Assembly (NCBI GenBank): GCA_003553505.1
Contig: PWEN01000042.1
Location: 1-62,876, forward strand
Reading direction: 5' to 3'
DNA: 62,876 bases
From: Candidatus Nealsonbacteria bacterium
GTDB lineage: Bacteria; Patescibacteriota; Minisyncoccia; Minisyncoccales; PWPS01
The position numbers and the translations under genes are program-made. How positions within the stretch are numbered: position 1 is the first letter of the stretch; each line of letters opens with the position of its first letter. Below, in pieces: positions 48,013 through 58,074 of this stretch. Under the pieces are notes generated by a model that saw only the letters and a list, made by a program, of their open reading frames with translations, was not told where the DNA came from and made no database searches.

Positions 48013-49043
48013 TGAAGCATTTTTATGACAATTTTTAACTCTGCAGAAGAAAGGTTGTTCTTTAATTTTTCTTTTATTTCTTCTACTATCTTTTTGCTTT
48101 TTTGAGAGGAAAGATTAAGTTCTCTTTCTACTTCTGAAAGACTTTTTTTGGTACGTAACTCGAACATCTTTACTTCTCTTTCGTCTAATATATCATCACG
48201 TAAAACTTTTTCCAGAACGCTATCCTCCTTAAAGATACAAAAGCTGTCTTTTTTGTTGTCAGAGTGAATCATGCATGCTTCCCCTTGAAATATGCGATTA
48301 TAATCTCCACAGGCAAAACAACGTCCCGGATAACTACAAGGAAAATCATTTTTTTCTATAGAATCCTTTATCTTCAAAGATATATTTTTTATTTCCTCGA
48401 GAGAACTTTCTGTGTCCCCTACTTTATGCTCTACCGGATCATCATCATGTTGCAGATACCAGTAACTCACCTTTTTCACCTCCTTTTTTATATTGTTTTT
48501 TGCAAGTATGGTGTATATAGGAAGTTGCAAGGATCCGTTTGACTCTTTGTTATTGCCTGTTTTAAAGTCGACTATGTGAACTCCTCCGCAGTCAAGCAGT
48601 TCTATCCAGTCCAGACTCCCCACAAGCTTTATATCTTCTCCTTGAAAAAGGTCCAGTGTAGGAAGTTTTTTTTGTGGTTCAAGCGAAGGTCTTTTTAATA
48701 AGGGTGACCCTTCGACACGGGAAACCATGCTTACTCCACGCTCTTTAAACTCTTCCTCTTTTTTTGTTGATATAAATCCTCCTTTTTTGCCGCTATATCT
48801 TGAAAAAACTTCTTCGAATTTTTCTGCAAGAGAAAGATTTACCCTTTCTTCTATAGGAAGTGTGGCAAGCTCTTCCACAGTTTCATGTACTGCAGATCCG
48901 AGAGAAAGATAAGGGTTTACTATTTGCAACCTATTACCTGTTTCAGGGTTGCGGTAAACATACTGCATATAGTAAAGACGGGGACATTTTTTAAAAGCGG
49001 AAATTGCAGAGTGTGATATCCACAGCGTGTTTTGGTAGTTCAT
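48009..49043 (-). CDS. PD-(D/E)XK (RecB/Cas4-like) nuclease with C-terminal HTH-like segment
   Basis: S.S....F..CP, GSAVH, G.LD, DFKTG, QL..Y, C-x5-CxxC. Confidence 0.82.
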   Translation of the reverse strand: MNYQNTLWISHSAISAFKKCPRLYYMQYVYRNPETGNRLQIVNPYLSLGSAVHETVEELATLPIEERVNLSLAEKFEEVFSRYSGKKGGFISTKKEEEFKERGVSMVSRVEGSPLLKRPSLEPQKKLPTLDLFQGEDIKLVGSLDWIELLDCGGVHIVDFKTGNNKESNGSLQLPIYTILAKNNIKKEVKKVSYWYLQHDDDPVEHKVGDTESSLEEIKNISLKIKDSIEKNDFPCSYPGRCFACGDYNRIFQGEACMIHSDNKKDSFCIFKEDSVLEKVLRDDILDEREVKMFELRTKKSLSEVERELNLSSQKSKKIVEEIKEKLKNNLSSAELKIVIKMLQ

Positions 49044-49047
49044 ATTT

Positions 49048-49761
49048 CTATCGATAACCGGAGAAGCACTTCTCTTTTTGGTCTATTATTTCGTTATACT
49101 TTTCTATAAGTGATGTTGTTTTGGAGGCTAAATCGTTATACTCTTCGATTATAATGTTGTGCTCTACTCTACTATCCTCTTCTCTTATTGTCTCTTCAAG
49201 CTCCTTGAGTTGCTCTTCTTTTTCATCTATACGTGACACAAGCTCATCATCCATTTGAGGGCAAACAGATACCGGAGTAGCGAAAACTTGCACAGAAACA
49301 AACATCTTCGTTTCGTTTAGCTTGCCGTAACGTGAAGCAACACCCGTTTCCAGATAGTTTTCATTTAATATATTCTCTCTATGACCAGGACTTTCCATCC
49401 AAGCTTGCACAACATCTTTTTCATCTTTAAATCGGCCTCTTATAAGATTCTCTCCTATAATAATGAATTCATAGCCAACATCTGTAGCTATAGCATCAAT
49501 TTCTTCTCCCGTGGGAGAGGTGTGATCAAAATAGTTTCTTTCAAGCATGTCGTCCAATTTTTTTTCTGCAATAAGAGAGAGGTCTTTATTTTCCTCAAGG
49601 CGTACCGTCTCGCTCTCTTTTCTTTTTTGATTTACCTCTTGCAGTATAGTAGAGCTCTCAAGGGGAGTATCTCTTAAGGAGTACTGCAGATAAGAGTAAA
49701 AAAGAAAGGGAATAGAGACAACTATTCCCAATACTAATCCCGCCTTAATAGGTTTGCTCAT
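49048..49761 (-). CDS. CAP-domain membrane-anchored protein
   Basis: YFDH.SP, GENL, WM.SPGHRENIL. Confidence 0.9.
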   Translation of the reverse strand: MSKPIKAGLVLGIVVSIPFLFYSYLQYSLRDTPLESSTILQEVNQKRKESETVRLEENKDLSLIAEKKLDDMLERNYFDHTSPTGEEIDAIATDVGYEFIIIGENLIRGRFKDEKDVVQAWMESPGHRENILNENYLETGVASRYGKLNETKMFVSVQVFATPVSVCPQMDDELVSRIDEKEEQLKELEETIREEDSRVEHNIIIEEYNDLASKTTSLIEKYNEIIDQKEKCFSGYR

Positions 49762-49996
49762 CATCTTCTTCCTCTTTTTCTTCTTCTTTCTCACTGCCTG
49801 ACTCCTCTTCTCTGCTGATTATAAAACACCAGTATACTATAAAGATTGAGAATATGAATAGCAGACCACTTACCCATGTAGGGATCTCCGCTCCGGCGAC
49901 TTCTACACTCCAACCAAACATCATGCGCAGAAAATCAAGTATGGCATGAACAGAAAAAAACAGTGCCACTATAAATAAAAATACTTTTTTACTCAT
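49745..49996 (-). CDS. Small 2-TM protein with acidic tail
   Basis: Two hydrophobic helices, IP.WVS; overlaps both neighbours. Confidence 0.7.
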   Translation of the reverse strand: MSKKVFLFIVALFFSVHAILDFLRMMFGWSVEVAGAEIPTWVSGLLFIFSIFIVYWCFIISREEESGSEKEEEKEEEDDEQTY

Positions 49997-50204
49997 CTAT
50001 TTTAAATATTTTACTTTTACTTTTTTGACCTTTGACCAACTTTACCCTTTTTTGAGGAAATATGGAAGAGATTATCTCTGTTACACGGCGATTCACCTCT
50101 CCTCTTAGCGGCTTCTCTTTTATCTCTATCACTGCTTCTCTTTCTTTGATCCAAAAAATCTTTTCTTTTCTACTGCTGGGAACTACTTTCACTTTTACAT
50201 ACAT
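49989..50204 (-). CDS. DUF167 (YggU-like) protein
   Basis: VKV.P.S, P..G..N, V.LV.G.KS..K. Confidence 0.8.
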   Translation of the reverse strand: MYVKVKVVPSSRKEKIFWIKEREAVIEIKEKPLRGEVNRRVTEIISSIFPQKRVKLVKGQKSKSKIFKIDE

Positions 50205-52084
50205 AACCACTCACCATCATCCATCTCCTCTGTTATTATTATCTCTTCTTCCTCCGGTTCACTTTCTGCTTCACTTAAAAATCTGGAAGGCATTGAGGAG
50301 TTACGGAAACTGTATACGGGGTAAGTAAGGAAAAGATTTTTCTTGCATCTTGTTACGGCCACATAAAAGAGCCTTCTTTCCTCTTCAATACTTCCCTCCT
50401 CTACTGCTTTTATGTATGGGAAATCACCTTCTTTTAGTGATATAACAAAAACAGTATCCCACTCCAATCCTTTTGCCTGGTGTACAGTGCTAAGGGTTAC
50501 CGCATCTCCTCCGCCTTCTCTTGCCTGAAAGTCTTCACTTAAAGAGAACTCTGCTATTACGTCCTCTATGCTTTCATATTTTGCGGAAAGGTCACAAAAA
50601 CGATTTAAATCCGTTATCCTTTCTTCTGGATTATCAAAAAAAGAACGCAGGTAGTTCTCATAAAAACGAGACATGAAAATCTCTGTTATCTTTTCTGTGG
50701 AGGCTTCTATTTTTGCTTCTTGCAAAAGTGAAAGAAGAAACAAGATGCCTTCTTTTGCGCGACTGGAAACAACACAAGATATCTCTTCTTTTTGAGTGCA
50801 GACGTGATCCAAGCTCTCTCTTTTTAGTATCTCTTCCAAGGCACGAGAAGCATATATTTTTCCTACTCCTCGCATTCTGGACAACAACCTCATCCAAGAG
50901 GTTTCATCGCGGAAATTCACTATTATACGTAAAAAAGCAGCAAGATCTTTTACATGAGCCTGTTCAAAGAATCTCACTCCTCCACGCATGATATAAGGAA
51001 TTCCCTTTTTTGCAAGATCTATCTCTAGTTCTGCCGACTGATAGTGTGCACGGAAAAGCACTGCTATCTCGGAAAGAGGTATACCGGAGCGCCTCAACTC
51101 ATCTATCTTGGAGGTAATAAAGTGTGCTTGCTTGAAAGGAGATTCCAACGCCTTTATCTGCGGTGAAGCACCGCCTTCCTCTATGCTTTTTAACTCCTTT
51201 TCGAAACGCTCTTTATTGTGCCTTATCACTTCATTTGCAAGTGTCAGTATCTGCGGGGTGCTGCGATAATTTGTTTCAAGGTAAAATATCTTTGCTTGTG
51301 GATAGTTGCTTGAAAAACGAAGAATATTGCTAACATCAGCGGCACGGAAAGAAAATATACTTTGAGATTCGTCTCCTACGGCAAGAACATTGCCATGTTT
51401 TCTGCTCATCTCTTTTACTATTTCGTCTTGCAGTGCGTTTGTGTCTTGATACTCATCCACCAAGATATAAGAAAATGCAGAAGATAACTCTTTTTTTATT
51501 TCATCAAAAGAAAGTAGTTTTAGCCAGTTCAAGAGAAGATCGTCATAATCCATAAGATTATTTTCTTTCTTTCTCTTTTCATATTCTTCTTTTACATCCT
51601 CTATCTGTTCAAAATGATCTTCTGTAAAGTGGGAAGCATCCTTTTTGGCATTTTTGGAGATAGAGATCACGTTTTGCACAAAAGGTGCGCGCAACTTTAC
51701 GTCTTTGTTTTTCAGTATAGAAGATATCATCTCTTTAGAGTCCTCTTCGTCCATTATGATAAATCTTTCCGAGTAACCGAGTGTGCTAGCATATCTACGC
51801 AAAAAAGTGTTTCCCACGTGATGGAAAGTTCCCCCTTTTACTTCACTACTGTCTCTATTTATTATTTGAGAGACACGGTGAAGCATATTTTTAGCTGCTT
51901 TTTTTGTGAAAGTTAAAAGCAAAACCTTTTCTCCGGGAACTCCTTTTTCTAACAAATAGGCGGTACGATGAACAAGAGTACGTGTTTTTCCACTTCCCGG
52001 CCCACTTAAAACCAAGCATGCTCCATCGCCTTCATGTACAACTCTTAATTGTTCTTTGTTTAGGCTTTTTTTGTAATCTATCAT
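50195..52084 (-). CDS. UvrD/PcrA-family helicase
   Basis: LN.EQ, GPGSGKT, DEYQD, VGD..QSI..FR, NYRS, HQAKGLEW, EERRLFYVAVTR. Confidence 0.93.
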   Translation of the reverse strand: MIDYKKSLNKEQLRVVHEGDGACLVLSGPGSGKTRTLVHRTAYLLEKGVPGEKVLLLTFTKKAAKNMLHRVSQIINRDSSEVKGGTFHHVGNTFLRRYASTLGYSERFIIMDEEDSKEMISSILKNKDVKLRAPFVQNVISISKNAKKDASHFTEDHFEQIEDVKEEYEKRKKENNLMDYDDLLLNWLKLLSFDEIKKELSSAFSYILVDEYQDTNALQDEIVKEMSRKHGNVLAVGDESQSIFSFRAADVSNILRFSSNYPQAKIFYLETNYRSTPQILTLANEVIRHNKERFEKELKSIEEGGASPQIKALESPFKQAHFITSKIDELRRSGIPLSEIAVLFRAHYQSAELEIDLAKKGIPYIMRGGVRFFEQAHVKDLAAFLRIIVNFRDETSWMRLLSRMRGVGKIYASRALEEILKRESLDHVCTQKEEISCVVSSRAKEGILFLLSLLQEAKIEASTEKITEIFMSRFYENYLRSFFDNPEERITDLNRFCDLSAKYESIEDVIAEFSLSEDFQAREGGGDAVTLSTVHQAKGLEWDTVFVISLKEGDFPYIKAVEEGSIEEERRLFYVAVTRCKKNLFLTYPVYSFRNSSMPSRFLSEAESEPEEEEIIITEEMDDGEWLCM

Positions 52085-52620
52085 ACATCCAGCGTATCGA
52101 TCATTTCTTCCAGATTTTTTATTAGAGGATTTTGCGGCCAGGCATTTCTTATCTTTACTAGCACCATTTTGCAATACTTTATTTTTTCTTCCTTGGAAGC
52201 GTGGAATTTATCAAATGCCTTGTCTCCCACCTGCTCTATATCTGAAACAAGATCACTTATATTATGGAGCATGTCGGCACTTTTGATCAAAAGAATATCC
52301 TTCTCTGCCTCTTCCAGCTTTTCAATTACACTTTCTTTTCTCTCTCTCCATCCAATACCTTTTTCTGTCACTTGATCAACAAGAAAAGAGACACGCTTTC
52401 CAAAGATCTCTTCTATCTCTAAAAGGGAGACATCACAGTCTTCGACCACGTCATGCAATATCCCGGAAATAACAACTTCTTCGCTTGCTCCCCCTCCCGC
52501 AAGCGCAATCCCCACGCTTAAGGGGTGTATAATGTAAGGAGCGCCACTCCCCTTTCTTATTTGTCCGCGATGCGCCTTCTCAGAGAAAACCACTGCTTTG
52601 TGTACTTTTTCAGTCAACAT
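52081..52620 (-). CDS. HD-domain RelA/SpoT-type small alarmone hydrolase-like protein
   Basis: H.GQ.RK, PYI.HP, LHDVVED, K.AD..HN. Confidence 0.85.
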   Translation of the reverse strand: MLTEKVHKAVVFSEKAHRGQIRKGSGAPYIIHPLSVGIALAGGGASEEVVISGILHDVVEDCDVSLLEIEEIFGKRVSFLVDQVTEKGIGWRERKESVIEKLEEAEKDILLIKSADMLHNISDLVSDIEQVGDKAFDKFHASKEEKIKYCKMVLVKIRNAWPQNPLIKNLEEMIDTLDV

Positions 52621-52627
52621 ATTAATT

Positions 52628-53464
52628 TTATAGATCAAGAATGCTTTTTTCCACTTCTTGGAGATCGTAAAGAGATCTTTCCAGTTCTTCTTTCTTGTGC
52701 GGAGAGTGAGACACTATCTCTTTTAGTGAGCTTTTTATTATCTTTAAACACTCCCTTATTACATAGCGCGCATAATTATTCTCAAAGGTAAGCGCTTCAC
52801 TTTGTGCGAGAACAGAGCACTTCATCGAAAGTTGGCTGGAATACCAAAAAAGATCACAAGCAGCGCGTGTGAACATCCAGAAGTCTCCCTCCTCTTCTGC
52901 TTCTTCTGATATATAAAAAAGATTTTCACACCAGTTTTTTACGGCCGTATGAACAAACTCCTCTACATAAGGTAGATCGATAAAATTTTCTCTTCCGGCA
53001 CACAAAGGACAGTTGTCTCTTCCGCAGTTAACCCTTTTCCATGTACACTCCATAAAAGAAGGAATGCTTTGAAGGTGTTTTTCGTAAATGTTGCGATAAT
53101 ACTCTTCTGAAAGAAGAACCTTACTAACGAGCATCTGCAAGCTCTTATAAACTGAAGGAGGGAGGTCGCTTATGCGGTCATACTTACAAAAATCTTCTTT
53201 ATAGTAGTCCTCCATCATGTCTATGATGCGATCCACAAATTGGCAAAACTCCTTTTCTTTCTCTGATTCCAGTGGTTGAGGGAGAGAGCTAAACAGGTTC
53301 TTGCCTAAAATTATTACCGCCATTCTTACCTTCCCGGATCTACTCTTTATGTTTTCTGCAAAAAAACGAAGAAAAAACGACAGATGATAAACACCCTCTT
53401 TTTTTGCAAGATCCTTTAAGGAGTGTATAAAAAGTGCCTTGTTTTGTTCTTTTGTGTACTTCAT
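52628..53464 (-). CDS. Hypothetical protein with four-Cys cluster
   Basis: CTWKRVNCGRDNCPLC; coupled to xseB by overlap. Confidence 0.75.
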   Translation of the reverse strand: MKYTKEQNKALFIHSLKDLAKKEGVYHLSFFLRFFAENIKSRSGKVRMAVIILGKNLFSSLPQPLESEKEKEFCQFVDRIIDMMEDYYKEDFCKYDRISDLPPSVYKSLQMLVSKVLLSEEYYRNIYEKHLQSIPSFMECTWKRVNCGRDNCPLCAGRENFIDLPYVEEFVHTAVKNWCENLFYISEEAEEEGDFWMFTRAACDLFWYSSQLSMKCSVLAQSEALTFENNYARYVIRECLKIIKSSLKEIVSHSPHKKEELERSLYDLQEVEKSILDL

Positions 53465-53658
53465 TCTTCTTCTATCTCTTTCTTTATCTCTTCAAACTCG
53501 TTTTCTATCTCCTTCAGCCTCTCCTTGCTTTCTTTTATGACCTCCGTGGCCTCCTTTACTTTTTTTAACCCCTCCTCTACATCCACCTCTTCTCTGCTTT
53601 CGAACCAATCGGCTATCTGGGATAATTTTTTAAGATTTTTATTTAGATCTGTTGACAT
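53461..53658 (-). CDS. xseB: Exodeoxyribonuclease VII small subunit
   Basis: 65-aa helical protein (L..I...FE, DVEEGL, L..IE) after xseA. Confidence 0.85.
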   Translation of the reverse strand: MSTDLNKNLKKLSQIADWFESREEVDVEEGLKKVKEATEVIKESKERLKEIENEFEEIKKEIEEE

Positions 53659-54940
53659 TTTTTATTTGTGAATTAACTGCTCCGTTGTAAAAATTAATTT
53701 TTAAATTATCACCTTTTTTTAATTCATCAACGGTCCTTACAATGCTGCCTTCCTTGCTTGCTATAGAGTATCCTAGGCGTAGTTGTCTCTTAGGATCGTT
53801 TGCAGATATTACACGAGACACATGATTTAATCTTTCTTTTTCTTTTCTTATATCAGAAATAAAAGCAGATGTTATATCAATATGACTTATTTGGTTCTTT
53901 TTATCAAGTAAGGCATTGCGAAAAAGATCTTTTATGCCTTCTTTGTGATTTGTGATCTTTTCTTTTGTGTGACGTATTGATGACTGTGTAGCAAAAACAC
54001 CTTGCACTATGCGCTGTTTTGCTCTACCATAGCTCTTTATTATCTCTCCAAAATGCAGCGATATAGTCCTTAGATATTTCACAGTTCTTTTCTTTTCTTT
54101 GTATAGTAAATTGTCAAATCTTCTTTTTATCTCTTCCTTTTTAGTGTTTATCTCTTCATTTGCTGTCTCAAATCCCTTACAAAGAATATTTGCTGCAGCT
54201 GTAGGAGTTGATTGAGAGACATCCGCCGCAAGAGCGACAAGCGTGGTGTCCTCATGGTGGCCCACTCCCGCAACAACAGGTACTGGAAAGTTGTGGATCT
54301 CTCTTGTAAGTGTTTCGTTATCAAAAGCAATGAGCGATTGAAGGGATCCTCCTCCTCTTATAACAACAAGAACATCGATGTTTTCTTTTTTCATTCTTTT
54401 TAAGGCAGAAAGAAGATCAGGAACAGCCTCTTGCCCTTCTACGCGTGCATCACATGCCAACACCTTGAAGCCGAATTTTCCCAGATTTGACATAAAATCA
54501 TGTACTGCCGCCCCTTTTAAAGATGTTATCAATCCTATTTTTTGTGGATAATCGGGGACATCTCTCTTGTTGTCAAAAATACCCTCCAAAGAAAGTTTTT
54601 GCTTTAACTCTTCATATGCTTTTCTGAGTGCTCCTTCTCCGGAAAGCTCCACTGTTCTTACTTTAAATGTAAGACTCCCCCGTACCGGATAAATATCTGC
54701 GTTCCCGGAAACAATAACCTTTGCTCCCTCTTCCAGGTTTGCTCCGCACATTTTATAAATAGATCTCCATATAGCGCAGTTTATAACTCCGTTTTCATCT
54801 TTAAGATTAAAGTAAACATGGCCACTTGCTGCAAACTTTAACCCGCTTATCTCACCCTCTACGCGTGCCTCCACGCCGGAAATCATCTCGTTAATTACAG
54901 AGATGTATTCCGATACGCTTATAGTCTCAGGTAACTTCAT
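53639..54940 (-). CDS. xseA: Exodeoxyribonuclease VII large subunit
   Basis: GEIS, GH.YF.LKD, RGGGS, GVGH..D, TPTAAA, GYSI. Confidence 0.95.
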   Translation of the reverse strand: MKLPETISVSEYISVINEMISGVEARVEGEISGLKFAASGHVYFNLKDENGVINCAIWRSIYKMCGANLEEGAKVIVSGNADIYPVRGSLTFKVRTVELSGEGALRKAYEELKQKLSLEGIFDNKRDVPDYPQKIGLITSLKGAAVHDFMSNLGKFGFKVLACDARVEGQEAVPDLLSALKRMKKENIDVLVVIRGGGSLQSLIAFDNETLTREIHNFPVPVVAGVGHHEDTTLVALAADVSQSTPTAAANILCKGFETANEEINTKKEEIKRRFDNLLYKEKKRTVKYLRTISLHFGEIIKSYGRAKQRIVQGVFATQSSIRHTKEKITNHKEGIKDLFRNALLDKKNQISHIDITSAFISDIRKEKERLNHVSRVISANDPKRQLRLGYSIASKEGSIVRTVDELKKGDNLKINFYNGAVNSQIKNVNRSK

Positions 54941-57900
54941 TTCTCTTTTAATAATATATCCTCTTCCATTTTAATTATACCCTTGTAGTTTTTCTCATAG
55001 CTTTCCACAGAAGGAAAGTTCATCTCTTTTATCATTTTTCCGACTCCTTTTATAAGATTTTTTGTGCGATCCACCTCTTTTTCTTGAAAATCAAGCGACA
55101 TGGAAAATATATCTTCCCTGTAGGGTTCCAAGAACTCTATTATGCCCTTGGAAACACTGAACTCACGTGATTCTTCTGCCAGTATCTTATAAAAAATAAG
55201 TTGTTTTCTGAACCTCCATATTTTTCTTTTTTCATAATCATCTTTTCCTTTCCAATCTTTTACTATCTTTCCCGTTTTAAAGTCTACCACTGTAACTTGG
55301 TCATCCAAAAGAGACATCTTATCTATTTTACCGACGATCTCAATGCCACAAAAGCCGGAAAAGCTCCTTTCTATCTCATCCCGGGGATCAAAGTTTGCTT
55401 TTTGAAGATATGTTTGCAGCGCTCTCTTTCCTTTTTTCATATACTTTTCCATGTCTTTCTGTGACAATCTTTCCGCTTGAAGATGATTATAGAACGAAGA
55501 AAGACACTCATCTTCCTTGGGAAGCGTTCCTTCGCTTTTTAAGCTCATATAGACATCTTTTATGGTAGCATGCATTGCTGTACCAAAAGAGACAGGAGGA
55601 GACTTCTTTTTGGGAAAACGCAGTATAACATCCTCCAAAAACCTCTGTGGTCCCCCCTCAACCACATCAAGAAAGAGACACAATCCTGTGGGGCTTAACT
55701 TATACTTCTCAATCAAGGGCAAAATCAACTCTTTTTCGTTAGCATTAAAAGTGCGAAAACTCTCGCTTACTTGTATCGCTTCTTTCTTAAAGGTGGACTC
55801 TTCTTTTTTCAAAGAAGAAATAAAACGCAAAGGAGTTCCTTTTTTTTCTCCTTCTTTGTGTGATGTGAGAAATATATTACTTTTTGCGCGTGTAAGGGTT
55901 ACGTAGAATATTCTCAATCTGTCATCTTCGTTGTCTCCCGCGTCCTTTAAAGGAAGGTTGAGAGGAAAGGGAAGTTTTGTTCCTCTTCCTCTATTATTGT
56001 TCCAAGCCTCCTCTTTGCAATTTAAAATAAAAACCGTGTCAAATTCCATTCCTTTTGCGCTATGAGAAGTTATAAGTGAAACAGACTCCTTGCCCCCATA
56101 TGAGTCTTTCTGGGAAACAGATATGCCATTTTCTTGGCAAAGATCAACAAACTGTATCACATCGCAGACCTTTAACAGCCTTCCTTTTTTGTGCTCATTT
56201 ACTGTATGTATAAAACGACGTAATGAAAACAACAACTGAAGATACTGCTCTTCCATGAACTGCTTATCTGGAAAATAGTACTCTTTAAACGGGCTTTTCA
56301 TGGTGCTCTCTTTTGTTCCTATAATTATATCTATTAACTCATCGACGGGCTCACTTTGTGCTCTCACTCCCAAATCGATCAGGAACTCTCTTATATCAGA
56401 GAGCCCTTTTATCTCTTTCATGCAAGAAAGCCAAGATCTCCCCTCTTTCTGCGATTTAACGGAAACTTCCCAGACCTTTTCACGAGAAATATTCCAAAAT
56501 GGATAACTCAGTATCTCTGGAAGGATCTCTTCTGCACAGTCAGTGTCTCGACAAAGATATTCCGCAAAACGTAAAACACCTATGATCTGCCTTATATGAG
56601 GCATGTCAATTATGTTCTCATTACCTCTATAGAAAACAGGTATACCTTTTTTTTCAAGATAAGGGAATATGTCACGCAAGTCTTTGTGAAAACGAGATAT
56701 AACAGCGACATCAGAGGCGTTCTTTTTCTTTAAAGTCTCTTTTAATTTGGAAGAAACAAAAGAGTACTCTTCCTCTTTTGTTTTAAATTCTATGACTTTT
56801 ATCTTTCCTTTCCTTTTCTTGTTGGTAGATCTTAGCTGCTTACTTACTTCCGGAATAATGTTCTCTAATCTTTCTTCCCCCTTCTTAACTATATCAAGAG
56901 AGGTGTCTATTATCTGTTGTGTGTTACGATAGTTTTCTATAAGAGTAACTATTTTAACGTCCCTATAGTTTTCTTTGAAGCGCACTATATTTGAAACCTC
57001 TGCTCCCTGAAAACGATATATGGCCTGATCATCATCACCTACAACACACATGTTCGGCCTTTCTTCGTTTGCAATATTGTTGTTTAAAAGATGGAGTAAG
57101 CGCATCTGCACGCCACTTGTATCCTGAAACTCGTCAACCATTATGTATAGATATTTCTCCTGGAGTGTAGATAGCAATGCTTCGTTATTTTTCAATCTAG
57201 AGATGGTGTAAATGAGCATGTCCTCAAAATCGTAATATCCTTCTTCATGCATGCGTTGTTCATATCTCTTGTAAACAGCGGCAAGAGAGTTCATCTTGTC
57301 GATGTAAGCTCTTTCTTTTAAGACATGGCCACTATCTGTTTTTGTAAGTATCTTGCTTTTAAATTCCGAGAGCTTTTTATTTAAAATTGCTCTCTTTAAA
57401 GATGATCCCACGGCAAAAGACAAGGAGTTTTTGTGACATTTTTCAAGATTTTTTAGTGCTTTCTGTGCATCTTTTGTTGATTTGCTTGTAACTCTGTTTT
57501 TTAAAAAAGAAAGCTGATCCTCTATAAATGAGAACTCTTCTTCGTTTTTTTTGAGCACATCTTTGAACTCTTCTGGAGAGAGGCCCTCTTTTTTCAGGTC
57601 TGCTATGCTATCTTTTAGAGAGGAAAGATAAATATATCCCTTGCGAGGATGATAAGTGGAAAGAGGATCATCCTCTTCCATCTCTTTTATGATTTCTTGA
57701 ATTATTGATATTTTAACGATCTCATCTGCAGGATAAAAAGAAACTCCGTCATAAAAGAACTCCTTATAGCGACTCATCACCTCCACGCAAAAACTGTGAA
57801 AAGTGTGTACAGGAACCCTATATCCATCCTCCCCCATGAGCTCGATCAGCCTCTCTCTCATATTGGATGAAGCCGTGTCCGTAAAGGTAAGGCAGAGCAC

Positions 57901-58074
57901 ATTTTCCGGAGGCGTGTCGGTAACCTTTACAATGTTCGCCGTTCGCAAACCGATAAGCTCTGTTTTTCCTGAACCGGGCCCGGCAACAACAAGAAGCGGC
58001 CCCTCAATATGGTCAACCGCTTCACGTTGTTTTTCATTTAATTTGTCGTATCTTTTTTGGAATGCGCTCTTCAT
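54937..58074 (-). CDS. UvrD-family helicase fused to C-terminal PD-(D/E)XK nuclease
   Basis: AGPGSGKT, DEFQD, VGDDDQ.IY.FQGA, H.AKG.EF; C-terminal GKID, DFKTG, QL.FY. Confidence 0.9.
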   Translation of the reverse strand: MKSAFQKRYDKLNEKQREAVDHIEGPLLVVAGPGSGKTELIGLRTANIVKVTDTPPENVLCLTFTDTASSNMRERLIELMGEDGYRVPVHTFHSFCVEVMSRYKEFFYDGVSFYPADEIVKISIIQEIIKEMEEDDPLSTYHPRKGYIYLSSLKDSIADLKKEGLSPEEFKDVLKKNEEEFSFIEDQLSFLKNRVTSKSTKDAQKALKNLEKCHKNSLSFAVGSSLKRAILNKKLSEFKSKILTKTDSGHVLKERAYIDKMNSLAAVYKRYEQRMHEEGYYDFEDMLIYTISRLKNNEALLSTLQEKYLYIMVDEFQDTSGVQMRLLHLLNNNIANEERPNMCVVGDDDQAIYRFQGAEVSNIVRFKENYRDVKIVTLIENYRNTQQIIDTSLDIVKKGEERLENIIPEVSKQLRSTNKKRKGKIKVIEFKTKEEEYSFVSSKLKETLKKKNASDVAVISRFHKDLRDIFPYLEKKGIPVFYRGNENIIDMPHIRQIIGVLRFAEYLCRDTDCAEEILPEILSYPFWNISREKVWEVSVKSQKEGRSWLSCMKEIKGLSDIREFLIDLGVRAQSEPVDELIDIIIGTKESTMKSPFKEYYFPDKQFMEEQYLQLLFSLRRFIHTVNEHKKGRLLKVCDVIQFVDLCQENGISVSQKDSYGGKESVSLITSHSAKGMEFDTVFILNCKEEAWNNNRGRGTKLPFPLNLPLKDAGDNEDDRLRIFYVTLTRAKSNIFLTSHKEGEKKGTPLRFISSLKKEESTFKKEAIQVSESFRTFNANEKELILPLIEKYKLSPTGLCLFLDVVEGGPQRFLEDVILRFPKKKSPPVSFGTAMHATIKDVYMSLKSEGTLPKEDECLSSFYNHLQAERLSQKDMEKYMKKGKRALQTYLQKANFDPRDEIERSFSGFCGIEIVGKIDKMSLLDDQVTVVDFKTGKIVKDWKGKDDYEKRKIWRFRKQLIFYKILAEESREFSVSKGIIEFLEPYREDIFSMSLDFQEKEVDRTKNLIKGVGKMIKEMNFPSVESYEKNYKGIIKMEEDILLKEK

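Noticed and set aside
48009-49043. CRISPR-Cas locus
   Set aside because: No repeat-spacer array or other cas genes seen
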